NCBI GenBank assembly: GCA_965228855.1
Contig: CBDDIJ010000005.1
Span: 512,001-576,000, forward strand
Direction: 5' to 3'
DNA length: 64,000 bases
Source: Candidatus Obscuribacterales bacterium
GTDB taxonomy: Bacteria; Cyanobacteriota; Vampirovibrionia; Obscuribacterales; Obscuribacteraceae
Shown piece by piece: positions 27,607 through 37,434 of the stretch; the first letter of the stretch is position 1, and the number at the start of each line of letters is the position of its first letter. A program made the position numbers and the translations under genes. Under the pieces are notes generated by a model. That model made no database searches. It was given only the letters and a program-made list of their open reading frames with translations, and was not told the origin of the DNA.

Positions 27607-27944
27607 TCTCGTGCGATGAAGTTGATACCACCACAATAATTTCAAAGCATGACGCCACGCGACATGAAACGCAAATCACAAACGGTCAGATTAGAAACAT
27701 ATAGCATTTGCGTGCGGTTTCAAACCACTCACAGCTGTCCGGCATCTGAAGCGGGTTTTAAGAGATTGCCCGAAACAATATCGATATAAAGTGGTGGCAT
27801 ATTGGGTGGCAAAACAGCCTCCACAATTGTCAACAGATCAACAAGGATATATCCTTTGTATCAGTAGGAAACATTTTGCGCGGCCGGTTGTAATGACGCC
27901 TGCGCTGTAGATCGAGCGAACTTCATTTGAGGAGGAAACGGCAG

Positions 27945-29471
27945 ATGGCAGTCACACAGAGCAGTGCCGTGACGACGTGCAAACTGTTAGTGGGCGGCGA
28001 ATGGATCGATTCCAGCGCCACAGAATTTTCGGAAGTCTTCAACCCGTCCACAGGCGAAGTTATCGCCAAAGTTCCAGTGGGAAAGACCGACGACGTAAAC
28101 AAGGCCGTTCAAGCGGCTAAAGAAGCATTTCTCGAATGGCGAGAAGTGCCAATCGTAGAGCGCGCTCGCGTGATGTTTCGCTTCAAGGCTCTTCTAGAAG
28201 CCAACTACGAAGAAATCGCTCGCTGTGTCACCCGTGAGCACGGCAAGACACTTGCAGAAGCCAGAGCGTCCGTACAACGCGGTATAGAAGTCGTGGAGTT
28301 CGCTTGCGGCATTCCAAGTCTTATCATGGGCGAGTCGATGGAAAACATCGCTCGCAATGTCGATTGCGAAACCATCAGGCATCCTCTCGGTGTATGCGTC
28401 GGCATCACACCTTTTAACTTCCCAGCCATGGTTCCACTGTGGATGTATCCGGTCGCGTTGACCTGCGGCAATACCTTCGTTTTGAAACCATCGGAGAAGG
28501 TGCCGTTAGCGTCGATGCTGATTGCGGAGCTTTTGATAAAAGCCGGAATTCCGAAAGGCGTATTCAACATCGTTCACGGCGGTAAAGAGTCTGTAGACGC
28601 GCTTCTCGAACATCCGGATGTGCGCGCTGTTTCATTCGTCGGTTCGACTCCAATCGCGAAATACATCTACGAGAAAGGAACGAAACACGGAAAGCGCGTT
28701 CAATCCGCCGGTGGCGCGAAAAACCACATCATAATCATGCCGGATGCCGACATGGAGCAAACCGTTCAAGCCCTGCAAGCGTCAGCCTTCGGCTGCGCGG
28801 GCGAGCGCTGCATGGCAGGTAGTCTGGCTCTTCCCGTCGGCGAAGCAGCCGACCAACTCGTTCCGATGCTTGTGAAATCGGCTGAGAAAATGAGGATAGG
28901 TAGAACCGATGTCGGCGAAAACGCGGATATGGGACCTGTTATAACCGCTCAGCATTTGAAGCACGTGCGCGGCATGATCGACAAAGGCGAGGCTGAAGGC
29001 GCCAAAATCGCGCTCGATGGAAGAACTGTCAAGGTTGCGGATGCACCTAACGGCTACTTCATCGGACCAACCGTTATAGACCAGGCTAAGCCGGAAATGT
29101 CCGTTGTCAAAGATGAGATCTTTGGACCGGTATTATCGGTGGTGCGCTGCGAAACTATCCAGGACGCTATCGGCGTCGGAGAAAAATGCGAATTCGGCAA
29201 CGGGGCCGTCATCTTCACGAACAGCGGTTCCGCCGCGCGCGAATTCAAGCGTTACTTCAATGCCGGTATGATTGGAATCAACGTTGGTGTTCCTGCACCA
29301 ATGGCCTGGTTCCCCTTCACAGGCTGGAATCATTCATTCTTCGGCGACCTGCACATACAGGGGCGCGAGGGAATCCAGTTCTACACCCAACAAAAAATGA
29401 CGATGACTCGCTGGTTCAGCGATAAGTCGGGCAAATTCCAGGATCCAATCTGGAAAGCTCGTCAGAAATAA
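27945..29471 (+). CDS. mmsA: CoA-acylating methylmalonate/malonate-semialdehyde dehydrogenase
   Basis: ITPFNFPAMVPLWM, KPSEK, GGAKNH, FGCAGERCMA, GINVGVPAP..FPFTGW..SFFGDLH; GAGGAGG RBS. Confidence 0.94.
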   Translation: MAVTQSSAVTTCKLLVGGEWIDSSATEFSEVFNPSTGEVIAKVPVGKTDDVNKAVQAAKEAFLEWREVPIVERARVMFRFKALLEANYEEIARCVTREHGKTLAEARASVQRGIEVVEFACGIPSLIMGESMENIARNVDCETIRHPLGVCVGITPFNFPAMVPLWMYPVALTCGNTFVLKPSEKVPLASMLIAELLIKAGIPKGVFNIVHGGKESVDALLEHPDVRAVSFVGSTPIAKYIYEKGTKHGKRVQSAGGAKNHIIIMPDADMEQTVQALQASAFGCAGERCMAGSLALPVGEAADQLVPMLVKSAEKMRIGRTDVGENADMGPVITAQHLKHVRGMIDKGEAEGAKIALDGRTVKVADAPNGYFIGPTVIDQAKPEMSVVKDEIFGPVLSVVRCETIQDAIGVGEKCEFGNGAVIFTNSGSAAREFKRYFNAGMIGINVGVPAPMAWFPFTGWNHSFFGDLHIQGREGIQFYTQQKMTMTRWFSDKSGKFQDPIWKARQK

Positions 29472-29523
29472 GTTGCGATTCAACATCAGATAAACCGAGG
29501 CATCCACTCACATAGCCTCAGCA

Positions 29524-29553
29524 AGAAGAGGACGGTAATAACCGTCCTCTTCT
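29524..29553. terminator. Probable bidirectional terminator hairpin
   Basis: AGAAGAGGACGGT-AATA-ACCGTCCTCTTCT perfect 13-bp stem between convergent mmsA and phosphatase genes. Confidence 0.7.
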
Positions 29554-29590
29554 ACATTGTATGAACTGTCTGGGGTAAAAACCTTGTGTT

Positions 29591-30397
29591 CTACAAACTG
29601 CTTTTCTTCTCCACCAGGGTTTTGGCGAACGGCTTATTGTCGGGGGCAGCAGAGCGAACTTCGTTCTGAGTAGAACTCGCAGCGTCGACACACGCCTCCT
29701 TGTCGCAGCCGGAGTTCTTCGACGGCGCCGTTCCCGAAGCGTCACTGACTCTGGAAGTTCCAGCCTCCGGCTCCTGGCAGATCGGATGGTCGAAAATCAC
29801 TTGCTCACCTGGAAGGTGCGCATATCGTCCGTTGGCGTTCGATCCCTCTTTTGGAAAATCTATCGCTGCCAATTCAGCCTCTGTGATCTTTCCTTTGCGG
29901 CATTCATCAGCCCAGGTGTCCAGGAGTGCCACAAGTTTCTTCTTAAAGATCCATCCACTTGTATTCGCGATGCATTTCTCCGGATCTTCGCCTTTCAATC
30001 GAGCTTTATAGACGGCGACGAATCCACTGGACCTGTCCATACCGATCGAACATGAAACGTAGACGGGTAGATACTTGGGATCATTCATGACCTTCAAAAA
30101 GTGATAAACCTGTTTTGTGGGTCGATGAAAGAAGCCGACAGGAAAGTGAAAGTAATTCATACCCAACTCGTGCGCGAGCTTCTCCTTACCAGGCTGACCG
30201 TTCATCCTTATACTAACGATCGTTTTGATACCATATTCTTTTTTGAGCATTGGGATGTGATCGTCGTCAGCATCTCGTCCTGTGTATAAGTTGTCATCGA
30301 TCTTGGTGATATGCGTGTGATCCTTCCAATCGCCTGGTCCAAACACAGGAACGAGCATAATGATTAACGACATCAATATGGGCAGCAGTGTCATCAT
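29591..30397 (-). CDS. Exported tyrosine/dual-specificity phosphatase family protein
   Basis: Hydrophobic N-terminus; GIKTIVSIR; PVYVSCSIGMDRS CX5R loop (Ser in place of the usual His before Cys). Confidence 0.8.
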   Translation of the reverse strand: MMTLLPILMSLIIMLVPVFGPGDWKDHTHITKIDDNLYTGRDADDDHIPMLKKEYGIKTIVSIRMNGQPGKEKLAHELGMNYFHFPVGFFHRPTKQVYHFLKVMNDPKYLPVYVSCSIGMDRSSGFVAVYKARLKGEDPEKCIANTSGWIFKKKLVALLDTWADECRKGKITEAELAAIDFPKEGSNANGRYAHLPGEQVIFDHPICQEPEAGTSRVSDASGTAPSKNSGCDKEACVDAASSTQNEVRSAAPDNKPFAKTLVEKKSSL

Positions 30398-30634
30398 GAT
30401 ACGTCCCTCGGGTTCCTCTATGGGGTCTGAGATTTATAGACCTTATGTAGCACGACTTCACAGGGCGTAGCCGATCCGACTGTCCGCCACGCCTCGACCA
30501 GGAAATTTCCATGATTCCTGCAATTGGGTGAAAAGCTATGCCGGCGAGCCTTATCGCCTTGAGAGCCATTAAAACTAAGTGTACAATTGGCGAAATTTGA
30601 AATTAGTAGCGACTGCACCGATGAAAGGTCTTCC

Positions 30635-31699
30635 ATGCGAAATCGTCTTCTGCCAACACTTCTTGCCGGTCTTCTTTTATCTTCTCAATCAGCACTTGCC
30701 TGCACGGATTTTGCGCTAAAAACCGACAGCAACGGTTTTATCGCAGCCAGAAGCATGGAGTGGAGCTCGGATCTACAGTCGCGCCTGGTAATTCATAGCC
30801 GTGGCGAGTCACGGAAAGCGCACAGTGAAGGCGGCGAACCGATAACCTGGAAAGCAAAATTCGGGTACGTTGGTGTGGATGCGAATCATCTCGATGCCAT
30901 CGTAGATGGTGTCAATGAAAAAGGTTTATCTTTCGGTCTGCTTTGGATGCCACTATACACAAGATACCCGGAAGTGGCAGCTGGAGCCAAGACTATCGAT
31001 GTTACCGATCTTGGATCGTGGCTGATGGGAAATTTCGAAACTGTCGAGGAGGTAAAGGAGGCGCTAAAATCAGTCGCAGTCTCGGCGAGCAACCTGCCGA
31101 GCTTCGGAGGAATTCCAACCGCGCACCTCGCTGTTCACGACGCAAAGGGCAATCACTTGGTGGTCGAATGGATCGACGGCAAACAAATCATTTCCGACAA
31201 CCCAACCACCGTGCTCACGAACGCACCACCATTCGATTGGCAGTTGATCAACCTGACCAACTTCATGATGGTAGATTCAAAAAATCCCAAGCCGATACAA
31301 ATTCAAGGCAGCGTTCTAAGTCCTCCCGGACAGGGTGGCGGTTTCCAGGGATTACCAGGAGACTGGACACCACCTTCGCGATTTGTAAGAACATGCGCGA
31401 TGCTAAGATTCGCAAAACCGGCCAAGGACACCACATCTGGTATCAACCTTGCCGAGCACATCTTGAATGCGGTGGACATCCCAAAGGGGGAGATCCGCAC
31501 AACAGTGGATGGGCAGGAGTTTACGGATTACACGCAGTGGGTGGTAATAAAAGATTTGACCGATCCGGCAATCTACTTTAGAACCTACGACAACCTGACG
31601 CTGCGGAAGTTAGATCTAAAAACTATAGATTTCTCCGGAAGCGACAAATTGCGCTATATTGAAATCAGCGGTGGAGCCGCGTGGCAAGCGGTAGATTAG
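30635..31699 (+). CDS. Linear amide C-N hydrolase (choloylglycine hydrolase/penicillin V acylase family)
   Basis: Signal peptide ALA followed by nucleophile Cys (CTD), ARSME, DGVNEKGL, TNAPPFDWQ, GLPGDWTPPSRFVR. Confidence 0.93.
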   Translation: MRNRLLPTLLAGLLLSSQSALACTDFALKTDSNGFIAARSMEWSSDLQSRLVIHSRGESRKAHSEGGEPITWKAKFGYVGVDANHLDAIVDGVNEKGLSFGLLWMPLYTRYPEVAAGAKTIDVTDLGSWLMGNFETVEEVKEALKSVAVSASNLPSFGGIPTAHLAVHDAKGNHLVVEWIDGKQIISDNPTTVLTNAPPFDWQLINLTNFMMVDSKNPKPIQIQGSVLSPPGQGGGFQGLPGDWTPPSRFVRTCAMLRFAKPAKDTTSGINLAEHILNAVDIPKGEIRTTVDGQEFTDYTQWVVIKDLTDPAIYFRTYDNLTLRKLDLKTIDFSGSDKLRYIEISGGAAWQAVD

Positions 31700-31700
31700 C

Positions 31701-32333
31701 GTGTTGCCGAAACAGACCGAAGGACAATACTTTAAATCGACATTTCGCCTTCTTTTTGCGATCTGTACTATTGCGTCCATCTATTTGTCAGAACGATTCA
31801 TTTTCCCTTACATTCTGAAAGTATCCTGGCAGGGCACAGTGTTCGAAGAAGCCCTGTTTGTTACCCTTACCTGGTTTATCTCTTCAATGCTTGTCGGCTT
31901 CGCGACGGTCGGAATCGCACTTATCTACATCATGCGAATAGTTCAAACCCATGATAGGAATGAAGGCGAGGGAATCGACAAACCGCAACTCGCCAGGGAA
32001 TTCTTCAAGGGCTCCGCGGCGCGCTGGTTCACCTCGTTATCACCGTGTATCGGACCGCCAATAGCGTTTCTTATCGTCTCTCCACTCTACTCGACGCAAT
32101 TGTACTTTCAAGATTTCGGAACCCTGATAGAGGCAGCATTGCTTCTTGGATGCTGCTCTTTTATGATCTCGCTTCCTCTCACTATTGACGCGCAGCGTTC
32201 TCTTGGAGCCCGTGTCCAAGAGCGTTTCGGTGTTGACATAGAAGGAGACCAACGCGGTGATGCGATAACGACTGACCCAGCAGACAGCGAACTCGTCAAG
32301 CCCGACCAGAAACGCGACGGGGCAGATGATTAG
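31701..32333 (+). CDS. Hypothetical membrane protein (about 4 TM)
   Basis: 210-aa ORF directly after the hydrolase, with several hydrophobic helices. Confidence 0.65.
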   Translation: MLPKQTEGQYFKSTFRLLFAICTIASIYLSERFIFPYILKVSWQGTVFEEALFVTLTWFISSMLVGFATVGIALIYIMRIVQTHDRNEGEGIDKPQLAREFFKGSAARWFTSLSPCIGPPIAFLIVSPLYSTQLYFQDFGTLIEAALLLGCCSFMISLPLTIDAQRSLGARVQERFGVDIEGDQRGDAITTDPADSELVKPDQKRDGADD

Positions 32334-32374
32334 TCAATCTCGTTTCGTTTAAACCGCAAATCCGGTCAAACAAG

Positions 32375-32914
32375 CTACTGCAACAATTCGGCTCTTAAAT
32401 CTGCCAACCGACTGGCCAGCGCGTCGCGATCCGCATCTCTGCCTAGATCCGTAAGCATAGAACCAAAATTGCGCTCAACCATGTCGAGAACAACTGCGAT
32501 CACCTGCTTGTTGTGCTCCCGTGACTTATCGCGCTGCTTATAAATCTCAGCCTGTACATTCTCTGCAGCCTTGCGCTCTTCTGCGGATTCCAGGTGTTCT
32601 GCGCCTCTAACTTCGAACATCTGCTCATCGAGAGGTGTTGCTGCGAACACTAGAGCTTGTCCGTAGTCCCGTTCAGCTTCTCCGAACTTGGCCAATTGAT
32701 GAAAGCAATAACCCATCCGCTCGGCAATCTGAGCTCGCTGAACAGTTTTATTTGCATCAATGCGCTGCTCGGCTTCCACCAGCAGTGGAATCGCTTCGGC
32801 ATATTCCTGATTGTTGATTAAACCGACGGCCTCGAAGTAACACTCAGACCAAGCGGTAAACTTCTCCAAGTTATCCATCAACTTGCGCCCGGGTTGGGTC
32901 TGTTCGTCTGCCAT
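32375..32914 (-). CDS. Small TPR-like protein
   Basis: YAEAIPLLVEA...MGYCFHQLAKFGEAERDYGQAL; start ATG 32914 after GAGGTGG. Confidence 0.72.
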   Translation of the reverse strand: MADEQTQPGRKLMDNLEKFTAWSECYFEAVGLINNQEYAEAIPLLVEAEQRIDANKTVQRAQIAERMGYCFHQLAKFGEAERDYGQALVFAATPLDEQMFEVRGAEHLESAEERKAAENVQAEIYKQRDKSREHNKQVIAVVLDMVERNFGSMLTDLGRDADRDALASRLADLRAELLQ

Positions 32915-32993
32915 AAATACCACCTCGTTTGAGATGTTATCACACTTAAAACAGACTGGGATATCCAAGTGGACCGGTTTACGCGGTGAGTTC

Positions 32994-33314
32994 TTACGCG
33001 GTGAGAGCTTCGTCCTCACGTAACTCAGCCAGCAGTTCTTCGCGAAGTTGAGCGCGCTCTTTCCGAGTCAAGTCGTCGGTGTAGTGAACTGCCGCGCAAA
33101 GCGAACCTGCGCAATTTTCTTGATAGAACGCTATGTTATTCACGAACTCTTCGTTCTGCAAACATCCGTCGACGTTGTCGGAATGATCGACCTCTAGTAA
33201 TTCGTACTCATCATCAGTCTCGCAGAAAAGCGCGAACAAACCTGGTCTTGCTTCTATCGTCTCACCATCGTGAAACGGTCCATCGAATTCCAATCTGCCT
33301 ATTAAGATTGTCAT
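32994..33314 (-). CDS. Acidic hypothetical protein, possibly a degenerate GIY-YIG-like fold
   Basis: IGRLEFDGPF...PGLFALFC...YELLEVDHSDNV; GAGGA RBS. Confidence 0.65.
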   Translation of the reverse strand: MTILIGRLEFDGPFHDGETIEARPGLFALFCETDDEYELLEVDHSDNVDGCLQNEEFVNNIAFYQENCAGSLCAAVHYTDDLTRKERAQLREELLAELREDEALTA

Positions 33315-33403
33315 CTCGAATCCTCATCAAACAGCGGGCAAATACACTTTGACCGGTCTGAAGTGAAGGAGAGGTTAAGAGCGGAAATAAATTACGACAA
33401 TAA

Positions 33404-34252
33404 CTATTGGTCCAGCCAATAGCGGTATTGCGGAAAGCCACTAGGGTCAGGCTTATCGAGCGCTTGCAACCATCCGCGCGGACCGCCGGGTTGTCGACTT
33501 TTAAATGTGAAGTTGCCGGGTGCTCGCGGATCAGGTTCAACCAGCACGAAACAAGGTTCGGCAACGTAACCTCGCCAAAATCTGGAAACAGACGTCGAAA
33601 GTCGCACCATCTGCGGTTTGTCAGGAATAGGTCTCTTATCCCACCAGAAAATATCCATGGCGTGATAGGGCGCCACCATGGACTCATTTGTGAAAGCGTT
33701 ACCTGGAATCCACCAGGGCCGTTCCGCCGGAGGCGTATTATTCTGCTTTACAGCTCCGTTCATAAATGACTTGAGCACTCCTCCAAACAGCCCTCCCTTT
33801 GGCGAGTCTGGAGATTTATCCGCTTGCCCGGTTCCCGCCTGCAAACTGCCTGGTGGCGCCTGCGGTGGCACAAAATTTGGCTGATAGGGCTGATATGTTG
33901 GAGGGGGACCCTGGGGAAAAACGATTTGAGGTGCGTATCCGTTGCCCGGAGCAAAACCGTTTGAATAGCCGAAATTACTCGGCGGCATATAGTTTGGGGG
34001 CGGAGGAAGCGCCAGTGGAGCCGTTCTTGAAACGTTTCCCTGTAGCGCGGGCGTCGCGGGATCTGGCTCGTCGACCTCGCCACCACTCCGACTTGCACCC
34101 TCAGAATTCAAACCGCTTCCGCCATCAACAGAGTCTCTTTCTTGCGCAGTCGGGTCTGCGGATTCTTCCATCCCCTGACCAAGCGCTGGTGGCGTTGTAA
34201 GCGCACCGACCATGAGAGCTAATGCTAAAACAATGCTGGTGCGAGCTGTCAA
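33404..34252 (-). CDS. Secreted Pro-rich hypothetical protein
   Basis: Signal peptide ending ALG-Q; Pro/Gln-rich middle; Trp-rich compact C-terminal domain. Confidence 0.72.
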   Translation of the reverse strand: MTARTSIVLALALMVGALTTPPALGQGMEESADPTAQERDSVDGGSGLNSEGASRSGGEVDEPDPATPALQGNVSRTAPLALPPPPNYMPPSNFGYSNGFAPGNGYAPQIVFPQGPPPTYQPYQPNFVPPQAPPGSLQAGTGQADKSPDSPKGGLFGGVLKSFMNGAVKQNNTPPAERPWWIPGNAFTNESMVAPYHAMDIFWWDKRPIPDKPQMVRLSTSVSRFWRGYVAEPCFVLVEPDPRAPGNFTFKSRQPGGPRGWLQALDKPDPSGFPQYRYWLDQ

Positions 34253-34282
34253 ATTTCCACCCGCCTTCTGATACGCGCCCCT

Positions 34283-36013
34283 TTAGTCAACAACGAATTG
34301 ATCAGTCGTTCGCACACCATCAAATCTGTGGAGCTGAGATTTGGTTCGCTTTTCAATGGCCTTCTTCATCGCAGTGTAGGTGCCGGATCCCAATATATCC
34401 TCATCGCCGACAAAAGTGAAGTAAAACGGCTCAATGACGTTTTTGTGAACACGATCATTAGACCTGGTTCCATCAGAATTGAAAAACGGATAGTAGCATC
34501 GGAGCATCTGCACACCGGGCGGCAAACCATCCACATCCTGCGGATAATAGCCGACGGCGTAAATTTGTTTGATTTTGACTTTCTGACTCGCTCGCGAAAT
34601 CGTCCACATCGTCGGCTGATACGAGTTTAAAACCAAAACAATTGGCTTGCCTTCCTTCTGTACATCCACAAGCACATGACCAAATCTTGCTTCCGATTTC
34701 TTCGCGTTCTGCGGATTGAGTTCGCCTTCATACACGCTCAAAACTCGCACGTCATAGAGATCGCCGGCTCTTTCCGGATACACCTTAGAATACTTCTTGT
34801 ACTCTACTTTTGCTGGAGTAGAAACAGAATTACCGGCATCAGCAGCCTCGCCGTCCTTCCTGGTCATTTGCGAACCAACAAACAGGCTTGCCAGAATAAT
34901 TACAAGCATGACAGCGACTCCGGCCACAGAATACAAAATCAGCTTTTGTTTTTTCTGACCCTCATCGCCTTGAGCACTGCGTTCGTCCTCATGTCGTATA
35001 GCTTCATTCATGCGGCTTTCCGCGGCCGTATCCTGTATGGATCGTTTTTCATCGGCGGTCGGCGCTGGAGCAAACTTAAGTGGTTCTGGCTCCATGCCAA
35101 ACTCGAGAGCGTGCATAAATTCACGCATCGTTTGAAACCGAGCAGCCGGATCCTTTTCAAGACACTTCAGGACAATCCGCTCCAGCTCTCGCAACTGGTC
35201 GTTCATCGGCAGATCGGGCATAACCTGCTGAAACTTGGGCGCCGGCTCCTCAACGTGACTGTTCATAGTCAGAATTGCGCTTGTCCCCACCAGTGGTGGC
35301 ACTCCCGTGAGCATTTCGAACATAACGCAGCCCAGCTGATAGATATCCGTCCTCGCATCGTGGGCTCGACCGAGAACCTGCTCCGGCGCCATATACAAGG
35401 GACTGCCGAACACTTCTCCGGTCCGAGTAAGTTTCATCATGGCGCCATCATCTTCGCCACCAATTAATTTCGCAACGCCAAGGTCAACGACCTTCACGTG
35501 ATCTCTCGAGCCGGATTCTATAACCAGAATATTCGGCGGTTTCAAATCTCTATGAATGATGTTGCGGTCATGAGCATGCGCGAGGGCATCCGCGATTTGC
35601 ATCAAAATCGGTTTAGCTCGCTCGGCGGAAAGGAAGACCTCTTCTTGCAAGACCTGATTAAGCGGTTTACTGGGCAGATATTCCATAACAAAGTAGGGAC
35701 TGCCAAATTCGGTGGTCCCCGCATCAATAATGCCGATCAAATTCGGATGGGAAAGAGCGCTCATCGCAGTGACTTCCTGCTTGAAACGCAGCATTGTGCG
35801 CTCATCAAGCATGAACTGCGGGTGCATGATTTTTATTGCGACCGGCCGGTTAACGCCCAGGTTAGTAGCCTGATAAACGGCCCCCATGCCACCGGCGCCA
35901 AGCAGTCGGACAATCTCAAACCGGCCTTCAAGAACTTTGCCGATCAAAGGATCAATCGGCACCGTCTTTTTCTCGGACTGAATTCCTGAGTTCTGCGATT
36001 CGCTGTTGCTCAT
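34283..36013 (-). CDS. Hanks-type Ser/Thr protein kinase with TM and extracytoplasmic domain
   Basis: GAGGMGAVY, VAIK, HRDLKPPN, DLG, GSPLYMAPE, TM LILYSVAGVAVMLVIILASLFV. Confidence 0.94.
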   Translation of the reverse strand: MSNSESQNSGIQSEKKTVPIDPLIGKVLEGRFEIVRLLGAGGMGAVYQATNLGVNRPVAIKIMHPQFMLDERTMLRFKQEVTAMSALSHPNLIGIIDAGTTEFGSPYFVMEYLPSKPLNQVLQEEVFLSAERAKPILMQIADALAHAHDRNIIHRDLKPPNILVIESGSRDHVKVVDLGVAKLIGGEDDGAMMKLTRTGEVFGSPLYMAPEQVLGRAHDARTDIYQLGCVMFEMLTGVPPLVGTSAILTMNSHVEEPAPKFQQVMPDLPMNDQLRELERIVLKCLEKDPAARFQTMREFMHALEFGMEPEPLKFAPAPTADEKRSIQDTAAESRMNEAIRHEDERSAQGDEGQKKQKLILYSVAGVAVMLVIILASLFVGSQMTRKDGEAADAGNSVSTPAKVEYKKYSKVYPERAGDLYDVRVLSVYEGELNPQNAKKSEARFGHVLVDVQKEGKPIVLVLNSYQPTMWTISRASQKVKIKQIYAVGYYPQDVDGLPPGVQMLRCYYPFFNSDGTRSNDRVHKNVIEPFYFTFVGDEDILGSGTYTAMKKAIEKRTKSQLHRFDGVRTTDQFVVD

Positions 36014-36083
36014 TGCGAAATTAAGCCATTGCGTCTTGCCACACAAGGACATTCTACTAGAAGTTCTTGTTTTCCCCCAAACC

Positions 36084-36113
36084 AAAAGGGGCAGCCCGAA
36101 AGCCGCCCCTTTG
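36084..36113 (-). terminator. Rho-independent terminator after the desaturase gene
   Basis: Minus strand AGGGGCGGC-TTTCGG-GCTGCCCCT followed by TTT. Confidence 0.7.
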
Positions 36114-36132
36114 AAGTTTTTTGGACAGTGCT

Positions 36133-37101
36133 TTATCTTTCGCCGGCGCCGACGGGCTCCTTAACGACCGGTGCCACATCCGGGACGACCGGTGCTGAGG
36201 CGATAACGACTGTTTCAATCTCAGCGGCTTCTTGAACGCCGGCCGGCTCCTCTACGGGCTCATCATCTTCTGCCGGAGCCAGAGGACGCTTGCCGGTTGA
36301 TGCGTTGACTTTCGCAAGGCGGGTCGGCGGGTACTTCGGACGTACAACGTCCGTCGCCAGACCGAGTTTCTCGAGGAAGAGGATGGTGAGCCAGGTCACG
36401 TCGAATTCCCACCACGCCATGCCATGTTGAGCACTGCGCGGAATTGCGTGGTGGTTGTTGTGCCAGCCTTCGCCGAGCGCCATCAAGCCAACCCACCAGA
36501 CGTTGCGGGACTCATCGCGAGTGTCGAACAAGCGATAGCCCTGAGTTTTGTCGTGGCAAACAGCATTGACGAGTTGCGGGCTCCAGAAGACCAAGAAGGT
36601 AGCAACGAGATTACCTGCCAAAGCTGCCCAGCCGAACAGACCGAGAATCACAAAACGGAACAAGACACAGAAAGCGAGACACATCTTCGCTTGCTCAGCG
36701 CAGTGGTCAACACCGAACCAGCAAAGACCTTTGTCTTGGAGAAGGTCTGGAACTTGTCTGCGCAGCTCATCGTTGGTTTGGCGGTCCGCCATAGTGAACA
36801 TCCAACCGTAGAGAGCGTGTTTGAAACCACCCTGGACAGGACTATGCGGATCTTCCGGTTGGTCGGATTTTTGGTGGTGCAAACGATGCACCCCGACCCA
36901 GTTCACCGGACCGCCCATCAACACAAGGTAACCACCGGACACGACCAGATAAGTGAGCCACTTTGGCATTTTCAGCGCTTTGTGGGTCAGCAATCTATGG
37001 TATCCGAGGGTGATGCCGATCGCATGATAATAGTAGGAGAGAACAAAAGACGCTGCAAACGTCAGCGCGATAGATAAAGCCGAACCGCCTGTTAAGTCCA
37101 A
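36133..37101 (-). CDS. Delta-9 type membrane fatty acid desaturase
   Basis: His boxes GYHRLLTH, HRLHH..SD...DPHSP, GEGWHNNHHA, WWEFD. Confidence 0.93.
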   Translation of the reverse strand: MDLTGGSALSIALTFAASFVLSYYYHAIGITLGYHRLLTHKALKMPKWLTYLVVSGGYLVLMGGPVNWVGVHRLHHQKSDQPEDPHSPVQGGFKHALYGWMFTMADRQTNDELRRQVPDLLQDKGLCWFGVDHCAEQAKMCLAFCVLFRFVILGLFGWAALAGNLVATFLVFWSPQLVNAVCHDKTQGYRLFDTRDESRNVWWVGLMALGEGWHNNHHAIPRSAQHGMAWWEFDVTWLTILFLEKLGLATDVVRPKYPPTRLAKVNASTGKRPLAPAEDDEPVEEPAGVQEAAEIETVVIASAPVVPDVAPVVKEPVGAGER

Positions 37102-37434
37102 AACCGGTTACCCCGACGTGTTAAAAGATTCCGAGTTGGGTTGATCCCAAGAAGCTCAGTTATAACACGTATACTTTTCGGAGAACCTGATCGATTAAGT
37201 AATGAAGCGAAGATTTCAAGCGCTGAAGAGCGTGAATGGGTCCGGTTATTCTTTGGTAATCAAAAACCGAAGCGCCCATCCGTAGCGGCTGCGGCTCGTA
37301 TCAATAAACTCATGAAACGCGCTCTTTAGTGGCGCCTCCAGTAGAATAGTCAAATATTTTAATTGTGACGTTTTTGCAATCTTCGCAAAGATCGCCACGA
37401 CCGGCGACCAGCGCGCGAGGCTCATTGATACTGT

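Noticed and set aside
27945..29471. mmsA as a DddC-like DMSP catabolic gene linked to the MMT fusion
   Set aside because: About 27 kb away, no ddd/acu genes adjacent; valine, beta-alanine or inositol catabolism is the simpler explanation
34676..35467. Long antisense ORFs over the kinase genes (also 63196-63888) and an alternate-frame ORF at 30943-31581
   Set aside because: Fully overlapped by well-supported genes; no motifs of their own
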